Assembly: GCA_038214755.1 (NCBI GenBank)
Contig: JBBQRQ010000006.1
Span: 1-64,000, forward strand
Direction: 5' to 3'
Length of the DNA: 64,000 bases
Source: Verrucomicrobiota bacterium
GTDB taxonomy: Bacteria > Verrucomicrobiota > Verrucomicrobiia > Limisphaerales > CANJXF01
The translations under genes were made by a program, and so were the position numbers. Position 1 is the stretch's first letter. Every line of letters starts with the position of its first letter. Below are positions 20,392 through 30,103 of the stretch, in pieces. The notes below the pieces were generated by a model. The model was not told where the DNA came from and made no database searches. It saw only the letters and a program-made list of their open reading frames with translations.

Positions 20392-23300
20392 TCACGGTAT
20401 TCTGACTCGATAAAATTCCTTGGAACCACTCGGAGTGTTCGTGTAAGGGCTTACCGCCGTGTTATCATCGATGTAAGGCCCCGTGACAACGCTGGCCCGT
20501 TGTAGGATGCCAGTAGGCCAGGTCAAGATGAGCCTGCCTGCGGAGAAGTTGACATCAATCCGAACGGTTGGACTGATTGAGGCGGAGTAAATAGAGTCCA
20601 ACTCAGCAGAGGTAAGTGATCGTCCGAAAATCATCGGTTCATCAATTGCTCCGTAGAAACGACGTGAGGTCTGTCCTACACCACTGTCCCAGCCGACATA
20701 GGTGTTCTCCGCAAAAGGGACGGCCGTATGCACCGCAACATTGGTAGCAGTTTGCACTGTTCCCCCGTTGTACAGATAGAACGTGGCTTTGTCGGGTTCA
20801 ATGACCAGCGCGACAAACACCCATTGGAGGAAGGGGACGACGAGGCCGGTATCAAAGGTGAAATAAGTATTGTTCCAATGATATTCGAGAACATCCTGAG
20901 CACTGGTATTCTGCTTGATGCCGAGGCCATTGGCCCCGCTGCTTCCGCGGTGGAAGATAATGCCCGAAAACGCCGCCTGCGCATTGCTCGAATTTATCCA
21001 CGCCGCCAACGTGCAGTGCGCTCCCGCCGAAGTATCAAGGTTTAGCGCCGGAATATTAACATCACCACTGGAGACTCCAAACCCATCTCGGTCGAAAAAT
21101 ACGGCCTGATTGGTCGATTCAAAATTGGGAAAGGCAGGAGGTCGCGGCCCATTGGCAGCGGCAATGGGAGAACCTTCGTAAAGCCCATTATGGCTGACAC
21201 CCAAACTACCCAGGTTAAACGCGACATTAGTGTTTCCCGCCTCGGAGAAACGGTAGTAAATGAGCGGAGTAGCATTCAGAACAGCGGCGGCATAAGTACC
21301 GGCGGGAACGCTCAATACGGTCAGAGCGGCATTAGCGCTATTGGTGCTTCCGAGCGAATTAGTAATGGTCACTGAATAATCGCCTGCCTTCGCATCGGTC
21401 GCATCCAATACCGTCAATTGGCTACTCGTCGCGCCCGTTATATCGGCGCCTTTAAATTTCCATTGATAACTCAAAGGCTGTTGTCCAATTGCTTCTACGT
21501 TGAAGATAGCCCGCTGATGAACATATACAGTTTGGGGTTGAGGCTGTTGCGTAATGATGGGCGGCGTCAGATTGAGAATGGTCAAGTGAGCGCTGCTGCT
21601 TGGAGTTGAGCCGAGGGAGTTCATCCCAACTATGTAGTAATCACCTGCATCGCTTGCGGTGAGGCTGGTCAAAGTCAAAGTAGAATTTGTCTGGCCGGCC
21701 AAGGGCGTGTTCGGAGCTTTGTACCATTGAACGGTCAAGGGAGGTTGTCCATTCACAAAAGAAGAAAACGTCACGCTATCTCCGACATACCTTGTGGCAT
21801 TAGTCGGTTGAACTGAAACAATCGGCAGCCCAATAGGGAGGCTGGCGAGATTAGGCGCTCCATAAGTCGCGTTGGCACTGGAGTTCGCGGTTGGACCAGA
21901 AGGCCAAGGCAAGTTGGTGAAGCGAGCCAACCGGGTAGAACCTCCATTGCCCCCGACATAATAGGGGTTCCAGTTGCCAGGCACGAAAACATTAGGCCAT
22001 CCATCTCCATCACCTGAGAAGACTTCTCCTCCCAAATAATAGGAGACGCCGTTCGTTAAGAGGAACGCGGTATCCAGAGCGATGTAGCGATAGCCGTTGG
22101 TCAGGTAACCACTTGTCCCTGCCGGAACAGTCACGGAGGTAAGCAGTGTGCCGCCAGCATTGAAAATTCCGACACGATGGTCCCGCGCCAATCCATCTCC
22201 ATCCTGGTCATAGAAGGCCAGGTGAGTCACCAGGGCATCGGACGAACCTACTTGAAAGGTGCCTCCTACGTTGCCAGAATAGTCATCTCGACTGCCATCC
22301 AGTGTCTCATGCAAAATTTGCGCGGGAGGAGCCTTGTTCGGCGCTACGGTCAAGGTGGCATTAGAACTCGTCGCGGAATAGGCGATAGCGTCAGCCACAT
22401 TCGAGACGACACAGAAGAACGTGTCACCACTCATCGCCAGAGTCACCGCCGAAATGGAGTAGGTATCACTGGTTGCTCCACCGACGGCCGAGCCGTTGCG
22501 GTACCATTGATAAGTAAACGGCGGGGTGCCGCCCGCCACTACCGAGAAGGAGGCCGGAAAACCTTCCGGCACGGTAGCATTGGCTGGTTGTTGCGTAATG
22601 GTGACTGGTGTGCCCGGCAGTACCGTCAAGGTCACATTGCTGCTTTGCGCCGAGCCAGAAGGTCCGGTTGCGATAAGATAGTAATCGCCCGCGTCGCTCA
22701 AAGTCAGCACTGGAATAAAGAGGGTGGAATTGGTTTGGCCCGGCAACAGAGTGGAAGGTGACTTATACCATTGAACTGATACGGGCGCTTCACCATTGAC
22801 GAAAGCAGGCAGGGTTAAGCTTAGACCGGAGTAATTCGTTACGGAAGTTTGCGGCATCAATGTCACAACAGGACCGATGGGAAGCGTAGCGAGGTTAGGG
22901 GCGCCATCTATCGCATTTTGGCTGGAGACACTGAAGGGGCTACCAGGCCAGACCCCGCCAAAGCGTCTTTGGCGGCTAGTGGGTCCATTCGTGCCGACGA
23001 AAAACGGATTCCAACCGCCAGGCACAAAGACGTCCGGCCAGCCGTCGCCACTTGCGATGAACACTTCAGCTTCCAGGATATACATGGTATTGCTACTGAG
23101 CAGGAGCGGGGGGTCCAGCGCGACCCAACGGTATCCGTTGGTGAGATACGCCCCGGTTCCCGCTGGGACGGTGACCGAAGCAATAATGGTGGTTCCGCCT
23201 GAGTTGAAAATTCCCACACGATGACTCACGATCAACCCGTCCCGGTTCAAGTCATAAAAACCCAAATGTGTCACAGGCGTCGCTGTAGAGCCGGTGAGGA

Positions 23301-25308
23301 ATAATCCTCCCACCGTGCCACCGTAGGTGTCCCGATTTCCATCGCGGGTCTCATGCAAGAACTGCGATGGCGGCGCCTGACTACCGATGACGGTAAGTGT
23401 CGCGCTGCTGCTGGTCACAGTATGAGGTCCAGAGCTGGTGAAGTTTGAGACGACGCAGGAGTAAGAGTCTCCGTTGTTGGTAATGCTGGCAGCGGCTATG
23501 TTGAAAAGATAGTTCGTAGCGCCAGGAATGGGCGTGCCATTTCGATTCCATTGGTAGGAAACTGCCGGACTACCAGAGGCAGCAATAAAGAAGGATACGG
23601 GAGAACCCTGCAAGACGGTCACGCTTACCGGTTGAAGTGTAATTGCCGCGGCCTGTTGAGCGGTATTGATGGTTTCCGCGCCCACCTGAAAATTACCCAA
23701 CACCTGCCCCGGCGAAAGGACGTTGGTGTAAAGACGAACCTCGTCAAATTCACCGACGAATCCAGCGTCACCCGATGAACCCAACGACCGCCCCAGCCAG
23801 ACATTCACGTCGTTGAGGGCGCTGATCGCGTTGCTGACCAGAAGGGAAGCCACCATAGCTCCGTTCTCATAACCAATGATTTGGCTGGTACTTTCCTTCC
23901 AGGTGACGACAATGTGGCGCTCGGTCTGGTAGGTTCCCAACGTCGTGATATCGAATGAAACGGCGGAGCTGTTTGTCCCGCCGGATGGAAGAGAATCCCT
24001 ATTCTGCCAACCTATCCGGCGCTGATTAAAATTCCCGCCCAGTTGGGCGGAATAGTAGATATAATCACGGGAGGTAAGATCCGCTGTATAACCGCCGACT
24101 CCTGTCAGTTCAATGCCGGTAGTTCCATTGGTTACTCCGACCGAGCCGATATCGAAGACACGCGACCACGTTGCTCCCCCGATATTCTTATACCAAACTT
24201 CGATGCTGACTTCGCCTGAGCCGCCATTATTCGTGCTATTGGCAGAAATAAGACCATTGGGCAAATCAACATACGAGGCCTGCGCTGAAACTCCGCCGGG
24301 CAATACGAGCCGCGAGCCGGAGAACTGAGGGGCAACCGTCCCGTTGGTGGCTCGCACAACGCCGTGGGCTGTCCCAATGGAATCACGCACCAATAAACCG
24401 CTGGCGTCGTTTGTCGCGGGTTCATTAAACGAATAGCGATGAACCGGCGTCGCGACCAAAAATTGGTTTGTAACAGCAGGAGGGATGAACAACGTTTTTT
24501 CCGTATTGAAGTTGTTCAAAACCTGAGCAGGAGTTAGCGCGCCATCATGGATACGAACACGTGCGATCATCAGCGTAGCCAGCGCAGGAGTGGTGCTGAT
24601 GTCCACGCCATTGTTCGTCCATTGCGCCCCTAGCATGATACCGGAGTTAGTGGCGATATTGATCCCGCCCGTTTTGGTTTTGATCAGTGTGCCGTCCACA
24701 AAAACGTTCTCGTTGGTTCCGTTGTAGGTATAAGCGAGATGATGCCAGGTGTTGTTCAGCGGGGCGCCGCCGAGATCATCCCAACCGAGATCAAGCGTGG
24801 TGGTATGTGTGACTGCGCCGACCGTGCCGCTATAACCGTATTCAAAGGTCATATTTTGTCCGACAAAACCGCGTCTTCCCCAGGCTACCATGCTCTCCTC
24901 CGTCGCCACTGCGGGATTCAACGCCCATACTTCGATGGTTGTAGTGGCATTGGTCCCCACGATGCCCGAAGGAGGCGGGATCAGCGGGCCATTGGTCGCA
25001 CTACGCAATTGCATCACATAGCTGGCGGTAAGTTGGACGGCATTGACGCCATTGGTCACAACGATGGTGCCGGTCGCGGCGGCTTGCGCAGTATTGCGCG
25101 ATTCAAAATAGCCGCCGAGCGTTCCCGAATTGGTGATGTCCGTCACAGCGCCCGCCGGAAGGCTGGTGGCATCGAAGTTGACGAACAAACTGCCCGCCGT
25201 CTGGATTTGGGCGCGCGCCGAAAAAAGCGTCGTTCCCAAAATCAAAAAAACCAGAGCGAATTTAACAAATGAAAACGATAACGAGGATCGTGCATGGATT
25301 GGATTCAT
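20392..25308 (-). CDS. Large secreted LamG/Ig-domain surface protein with two duplicated ~150-aa modules
   Basis: Signal peptide; three LamG-like domains; several PP.ITQQP..YQW..Y.C/V Ig repeats; duplicated VTHL.FYD..DGL..HRVGIF..VTVPAGT..YLTNGYR module; C-terminal FYRVR. Confidence 0.85.
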   Translation of the reverse strand: MNPIHARSSLSFSFVKFALVFLILGTTLFSARAQIQTAGSLFVNFDATSLPAGAVTDITNSGTLGGYFESRNTAQAAATGTIVVTNGVNAVQLTASYVMQLRSATNGPLIPPPSGIVGTNATTTIEVWALNPAVATEESMVAWGRRGFVGQNMTFEYGYSGTVGAVTHTTTLDLGWDDLGGAPLNNTWHHLAYTYNGTNENVFVDGTLIKTKTGGINIATNSGIMLGAQWTNNGVDISTTPALATLMIARVRIHDGALTPAQVLNNFNTEKTLFIPPAVTNQFLVATPVHRYSFNEPATNDASGLLVRDSIGTAHGVVRATNGTVAPQFSGSRLVLPGGVSAQASYVDLPNGLISANSTNNGGSGEVSIEVWYKNIGGATWSRVFDIGSVGVTNGTTGIELTGVGGYTADLTSRDYIYYSAQLGGNFNQRRIGWQNRDSLPSGGTNSSAVSFDITTLGTYQTERHIVVTWKESTSQIIGYENGAMVASLLVSNAISALNDVNVWLGRSLGSSGDAGFVGEFDEVRLYTNVLSPGQVLGNFQVGAETINTAQQAAAITLQPVSVTVLQGSPVSFFIAASGSPAVSYQWNRNGTPIPGATNYLFNIAAASITNNGDSYSCVVSNFTSSGPHTVTSSSATLTVIGSQAPPSQFLHETRDGNRDTYGGTVGGLFLTGSTATPVTHLGFYDLNRDGLIVSHRVGIFNSGGTTIIASVTVPAGTGAYLTNGYRWVALDPPLLLSSNTMYILEAEVFIASGDGWPDVFVPGGWNPFFVGTNGPTSRQRRFGGVWPGSPFSVSSQNAIDGAPNLATLPIGPVVTLMPQTSVTNYSGLSLTLPAFVNGEAPVSVQWYKSPSTLLPGQTNSTLFIPVLTLSDAGDYYLIATGPSGSAQSSNVTLTVLPGTPVTITQQPANATVPEGFPASFSVVAGGTPPFTYQWYRNGSAVGGATSDTYSISAVTLAMSGDTFFCVVSNVADAIAYSATSSNATLTVAPNKAPPAQILHETLDGSRDDYSGNVGGTFQVGSSDALVTHLAFYDQDGDGLARDHRVGIFNAGGTLLTSVTVPAGTSGYLTNGYRYIALDTAFLLTNGVSYYLGGEVFSGDGDGWPNVFVPGNWNPYYVGGNGGSTRLARFTNLPWPSGPTANSSANATYGAPNLASLPIGLPIVSVQPTNATRYVGDSVTFSSFVNGQPPLTVQWYKAPNTPLAGQTNSTLTLTSLTASDAGDYYIVGMNSLGSTPSSSAHLTILNLTPPIITQQPQPQTVYVHQRAIFNVEAIGQQPLSYQWKFKGADITGATSSQLTVLDATDAKAGDYSVTITNSLGSTNSANAALTVLSVPAGTYAAAVLNATPLIYYRFSEAGNTNVAFNLGSLGVSHNGLYEGSPIAAANGPRPPAFPNFESTNQAVFFDRDGFGVSSGDVNIPALNLDTSAGAHCTLAAWINSSNAQAAFSGIIFHRGSSGANGLGIKQNTSAQDVLEYHWNNTYFTFDTGLVVPFLQWVFVALVIEPDKATFYLYNGGTVQTATNVAVHTAVPFAENTYVGWDSGVGQTSRRFYGAIDEPMIFGRSLTSAELDSIYSASISPTVRIDVNFSAGRLILTWPTGILQRASVVTGPYIDDNTAVSPYTNTPSGSKEFYRVRIP

Positions 25309-25442
25309 GCGCGCAACATTGAATTCGTGACGCCGTCAAGTCAAGCGAAGTTTGAGTGATTTGCCCTTCAAATTAATCCGAATCAGAGCCTCGATACAGC
25401 AGCTTGCGGGTCTTCCGCGCTCTCGCTACTGTCGCCTGACAC

Positions 25443-26840
25443 ATGAAGTATTTGCACATCATCTCCGTGTCCCTGACTTGTGGCGCGCTGTTAATGGCTG
25501 AAACGCAACTCCAGGCTGGGACCGTGGAACTTGTGATCGATCCTTCCAAACCTGTCGGCAAAATTGATTTGACGCCGTTCGCGCTTGGGCAAGGCGGGCT
25601 TTCGGACAAGCCGATGTTTGATGCGCACGTCGAGCAGATTGCTCAATTGCACCCGAAAACCATTCGCATTTTTGTGCAGGAATTTTTCGCGTTGTATCCG
25701 AAGCGCAGGACGTATCACTGGCAAACCCTTGATCACGTCATCGAAACGATTTTAGCGACGGGCGCAAAACCGATTCTTTCCCTTTGCTTCAAGCCGCCAA
25801 TTTTATTTCCCAAAATCGATCAGCACATTGTTCATCCGAATGATTATGGCGAGTGGGAAGAATTAATTTCTGCGTTGGTAAAACATTGCAACACAGAGAA
25901 ACGCTACGGCATCGAGTATTGGGAAATTTCCAATGAACCCGACATCGGCGAGGACGGCGGTTGTCCCTATCTTTTTGAAGCACCGGACTACGTGATTTAT
26001 TACGAGCACACGGCGAAAGCGATCTGGCGCGCTGACGCCAAGGCGAAAATCGGCGGGCCGGCATTGGCGGGCTACAACAGCGCGATTGGTGATGCGCTGA
26101 TTCAACATTGCGGCAAGACCAACACGCCATTGCACTTCTTCTCCTGGCATATCTATCACAGCGACCCGGAATATTTTCGCAAAAGCATCCGAGACATTAA
26201 GGCGAAGCTGGCGAAGTTTCCGCGATTGAAAGAGACGGAAACAATCATCGACGAATGGAACATGTCGCTCGATCAACCGGTGCTCAATCCGGCCTTCCAG
26301 CCTGCATTCATTCTGGAGACGACGCGCATCTTTCACGAGGAAGGATTGAATCGCGGCGCGTATTATCACATCCGGGATTCGTTCGTGGATGAGAAGCAAT
26401 TTGCAGGTTTCATGTCGAAACCCGGCGCGGCGTTCGTCGCGCAATGGTGGAATGACACGCCGCAATATGACGGGCTGTTCGACCATCAAGGTCGCGCGCG
26501 GCCAGGTTATTTTGCCTTTAAACTGATGAGCTTGTTGCAGGGCGAGCAACTTGCCGTTTCTGGCAGCACTGCAAAGGTCCACGCGTTAGCGGCGCAGCGA
26601 GGCAAAACTATCAATGTGTTGATTTGGAACTTTGCGCATGAGCAACCCAACAGCGAAGAAGTGACGCTCCAGTTTTCCGCGATCAAGGCGGGAGAGTTTC
26701 GGATGTTTCAATTGAATGCGGCGACGAAGTTGAACGAACTCGAATTACTGCAGCGCGGCAACGCGGGCGATTTGTTGCGGCAACCTCTCAAGTTCACTCT
26801 GGCGCCTTACGGCATTCGTTGGGTAACGCTCACCCGTTGA
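25443..26840 (+). CDS. Glycoside hydrolase, GH39-like (clan A)
   Basis: YWEISNEPD acid/base motif; AKIGGPA; FFSWHIY; IIDEWN nucleophile. Confidence 0.8.
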   Translation: MKYLHIISVSLTCGALLMAETQLQAGTVELVIDPSKPVGKIDLTPFALGQGGLSDKPMFDAHVEQIAQLHPKTIRIFVQEFFALYPKRRTYHWQTLDHVIETILATGAKPILSLCFKPPILFPKIDQHIVHPNDYGEWEELISALVKHCNTEKRYGIEYWEISNEPDIGEDGGCPYLFEAPDYVIYYEHTAKAIWRADAKAKIGGPALAGYNSAIGDALIQHCGKTNTPLHFFSWHIYHSDPEYFRKSIRDIKAKLAKFPRLKETETIIDEWNMSLDQPVLNPAFQPAFILETTRIFHEEGLNRGAYYHIRDSFVDEKQFAGFMSKPGAAFVAQWWNDTPQYDGLFDHQGRARPGYFAFKLMSLLQGEQLAVSGSTAKVHALAAQRGKTINVLIWNFAHEQPNSEEVTLQFSAIKAGEFRMFQLNAATKLNELELLQRGNAGDLLRQPLKFTLAPYGIRWVTLTR

Positions 26841-26921
26841 TCAGAAAAAAAGGCGCTCCTGGAGCTTGGGGATCGAGCGGCGTCCGCGATGAGTTCGCCG
26901 AAGTTTTGCAAGTCCGAGCAG

Positions 26922-27977
26922 CTAAAACTGTTTCAAAAACCGCACATCGTTTTCGTAGAACAGGCGGAGGTCGTTGATGCCGTAACGAATCATGGCGATG
27001 CGCTCGATGCCGAAACCAAACGCCCAGCCGCTCCAAACTTCGGGATCGTAGCCGACGTTTTCAAAAACTTGCGGATGCACCATTCCGCAACCGGCGATTT
27101 CCAGCCAGTCCTTGCCCATTTTTTTTACGAGCGAACTGGAGAAATCAATTTCAAAACTTGGCTCGGTGTAGGAAAAATAGTGGGGTCGAAATCTCACCTT
27201 CACGTCCGGTCCCATCAACTCTTTGAAAACAAATTCCACCGTCCCCTTCAAGTCGCCGACGGTCACATTTTTATCCACATACAACCCTTCGATTTGATGA
27301 AAGGTCGGATTGTGCGTGGCGTCGGCGTTGTCGCGACGAAAAACGCGACCGAGTGAAATGATGCGCACGGGCGGCGGCTGTTTTTGCATCACGCGTATTT
27401 GGACGGAGGAGGTGTGAGTGCGCAGGAGTAATTTACCTTGGCCTTCACCCCGGCCCTCTCCCCCAGGAGAGGGAGATAGATTCGCGGCGCTCGTCGTCAG
27501 ATAAAACGTATCCTGGGAATCGCGCGCGGGATGATCGGCCGGCGTGTTCAGCGCGTCGAAACAATGGAACTCATCTTCAATCTCCGGCCCGTCCGCCACG
27601 GCGAAACCGATTTTGCGAAAGGCACGAACGACGTCGTCAGAAACCTGCGTGAGCGGATGAAATTTGCCGATGGCGCGACGGCGACCGGGCAAAGTAAAAT
27701 CGGTCGGCTCTTTCGGCAGGGCGGCTTTCGCTTCCAATTCTGCGCGCCGCTCGGTTAAGGCGTTTTCCAATTCTGTTTTCGTTTGGTTGATGAGTTTTCC
27801 GGCGGCGGGACGTTCTTCTTTTGAGAGCGCACCGAGTTGCTTCATCAGTGCGGTAAATTTTCCGTTCGCGCCCAGGTAAATTCCCTTGGTTTGTTCCAGC
27901 GCCGCCAAATCGGAGGCGGATTTTAAATCGCCCAACGCCGCCGTTTTGAGCGGATCAAGTTCGTTCAGAAAAGACAT
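26922..27977 (-). CDS. pheS: Phenylalanine--tRNA ligase alpha subunit
   Basis: HPARDSQDTFY, LRTHTSSVQ, DATHNPTFHQIEG, FSYTEPS, GCGMVHP and GWAFGFGIER. Confidence 0.98.
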   Translation of the reverse strand: MSFLNELDPLKTAALGDLKSASDLAALEQTKGIYLGANGKFTALMKQLGALSKEERPAAGKLINQTKTELENALTERRAELEAKAALPKEPTDFTLPGRRRAIGKFHPLTQVSDDVVRAFRKIGFAVADGPEIEDEFHCFDALNTPADHPARDSQDTFYLTTSAANLSPSPGGEGRGEGQGKLLLRTHTSSVQIRVMQKQPPPVRIISLGRVFRRDNADATHNPTFHQIEGLYVDKNVTVGDLKGTVEFVFKELMGPDVKVRFRPHYFSYTEPSFEIDFSSSLVKKMGKDWLEIAGCGMVHPQVFENVGYDPEVWSGWAFGFGIERIAMIRYGINDLRLFYENDVRFLKQF

Positions 27978-28209
27978 AATGCGCAGGGAGTTTTGACAGA
28001 ATTAACGAAATTCACAGAATTATTTTTTCCTCAGTTTCATTTGGCCGGGCGCGGTCCAAGTAGTTGGACGGGCTTTTATTCTGTCAAACAATTCCGGACG
28101 CGAATGGAGAACGACTTCGCACCCGCCGGAGGCAGATGCTACCCGTGCGCAAAGCGGCTCAGAAATTTCCCCGCTTGTTAAGCACTGCACTTTCGGCGAA
28201 AAATTCCCG

Positions 28210-29352
28210 ATGCAATCTGCCCCGGCCAACCATTTTTTGCGCGTGCTTTTTTTGTTCGGCTTCATCGCGTCGGCTTCTGGTCAGACGAATATTTCGGGGA
28301 GTGGTTTGACCGAACCAGAGCGATTTCACATCGCGGTGGAGGCGTTAAGCCGCTTGCACGGAACTGACATCGAGAAAAATCCTGAGTTCAAGCGCGCCGT
28401 CGAAAAGATTTTGTCGGCCACGCACGGCACGCCGCGATTTGTCCAGTTGGTCAAACAGCTTCAACTTAAAAATCAAGACGAAGGTCTTTTGGAGGTTGCG
28501 GAAAATTTTCCTGCGAGCGAAGCCGGCGTCGAGGCGATTCGCCTTATCTTTGAGAATGGAAATTACGGTTTGATGGAAATTTCTTTGCGCGGCACGAACA
28601 GCATGAAGCTGGTGGAGGCGCTGGGAAATTCTGGAAAAAAAGAAGCTTTGTCTCTGCTGATACCGCTGCTGACCGATAGCAGGCGCGATTTAAATCTTCG
28701 CAAACAGGCTGTACGCGCGACGGCCCAGACCTCCGATGGTGCGAATCAGTTGCTGACCTTAGCGAAAGAGGAAAAGTTGCCGCCGGATTTGAAGCTGATC
28801 GCGAGCGCCGAATTAAACAAAGCGCGCTGGGAAAATGTGAAGAGTGAGGCGGAAAAAATTTTACCCCTTCCGCAAAGCCACGATTCCAAACCGCTGCCGT
28901 CGCTCGCCGAGTTATCAAAAATGAAAGGGGACGTGGCCAATGGTGAGAAAGTTTTTTTCCGCACGGATACCGCGTGCGGCACTTGTCATCAGGTCAGAGG
29001 ACGCGGCGGCGAAATTGGCCCGGCTCTTTCGGAAATTGGGACCAAGCTCGGCAAAGAGGCGTTGTTCGAATCGATTCTCGAACCGAGCGCGGGAATTTCT
29101 GTCGGCTACGAAGCGAACCAGGTGGAGCTGAAATCCGGCGATGAAGCTTACGGGCTGGTCGTGAGCGAGACGGTTGACGAACTGGTGATGAAAGATTTGA
29201 AGGGAATTGTCGCGCGCTACAAAAAAAATGAAATTGAGAAACGGCAACAATTGAAAACTTCGATTATGCCGGCGGGTCTGGAACGAACCATGTCAGCGCA
29301 GGAGTTGGTGGACCTGGTGGAGTTTCTTTCCACGCTGCGAAAGACAAATTGA
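28210..29352 (+). CDS. HEAT-repeat / c-type heme-binding protein (Pirellula/Verrucomicrobia type)
   Basis: GD..NGEKVF..CGTCH..GG.IGP.LS.IG..SILEPS..I..GY and SIMPAGL..ELVDLVEFL. Confidence 0.85.
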   Translation: MQSAPANHFLRVLFLFGFIASASGQTNISGSGLTEPERFHIAVEALSRLHGTDIEKNPEFKRAVEKILSATHGTPRFVQLVKQLQLKNQDEGLLEVAENFPASEAGVEAIRLIFENGNYGLMEISLRGTNSMKLVEALGNSGKKEALSLLIPLLTDSRRDLNLRKQAVRATAQTSDGANQLLTLAKEEKLPPDLKLIASAELNKARWENVKSEAEKILPLPQSHDSKPLPSLAELSKMKGDVANGEKVFFRTDTACGTCHQVRGRGGEIGPALSEIGTKLGKEALFESILEPSAGISVGYEANQVELKSGDEAYGLVVSETVDELVMKDLKGIVARYKKNEIEKRQQLKTSIMPAGLERTMSAQELVDLVEFLSTLRKTN

Positions 29353-29366
29353 CTTTGTTCACGTTG

Positions 29367-30026
29367 ATGAGCGCAGAAAAATTAATTCCATTGCATGGCG
29401 GCTATCGGAAGTTGAAAAGTTTTCAGGTGGCGCAGTTGGCCTACGATGTGACGGTTCGTTTCTGCGAGCGTTACGTGGAGTGGAAAAGCCGCACCCGCGA
29501 CCAGATGGTGCAGGCGGCGCGTTCGGGCGTGCAAAATATCGCGGAGGGCAGCCAAGCCAGCGGGACATCCAAAAAGATGGAACTCAAGCTCACGAGCGTG
29601 GCGCGCGCCAGTCTGGAGGAACTGCGGCTGGACTATGAAGATTTTTTGAGGCAGCGCGGTCTGGCGCAGTGGCCACGGGAAGACCCGCGCCGGACGGAAC
29701 TGATAGCGCGGCGGTGCGCCACGGCTGATGAGGTGGCGGATTGGGCGCAGGATATGCGCCGACATGGACTGAGTGGACAACGTGAACAGAGTGGACGGGA
29801 GAAAGAAAAACAGGAGTCTATCGCGTCCATTCAGTCCACAGCGTCCACAAAGTCCACTACGTCCACCTATGCGGAAATTTCAGCCAACGGCGTCCTCACA
29901 CTCCTCGCAGTAGCGTGCAGCCTGCTCGACCGCCAAATCGCCGCGCAAGAAAAAGCATTCGTGGAAGAAGGCGGTTTCACGGAACGACTCTACCGGGTGC
30001 GCAACCACAGGAGAAACCAACCATGA
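29367..30026 (+). CDS. Four-helix-bundle protein (23S-IVS/bAvd-like fold) with suffix domain
   Basis: GGYRKLKSFQ; DQMVQAARSGVQNIAEG; ARASLEELRLDYEDFL; F..EGGFTERLY. Confidence 0.9.
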   Translation: MSAEKLIPLHGGYRKLKSFQVAQLAYDVTVRFCERYVEWKSRTRDQMVQAARSGVQNIAEGSQASGTSKKMELKLTSVARASLEELRLDYEDFLRQRGLAQWPREDPRRTELIARRCATADEVADWAQDMRRHGLSGQREQSGREKEKQESIASIQSTASTKSTTSTYAEISANGVLTLLAVACSLLDRQIAAQEKAFVEEGGFTERLYRVRNHRRNQP

Positions 30027-30103
30027 TGCCCGTCAAGCGCTCGTCCCGCACATTGAAAAAGAATGCCTGCCTCGCCTGAATTCAGGCCGGCCCGCGCTGA
30101 CCG

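Noticed and set aside
29367..30026. Diversity-generating retroelement (Avd-like gene)
   Set aside because: No reverse transcriptase or TR/VR pair in the window.
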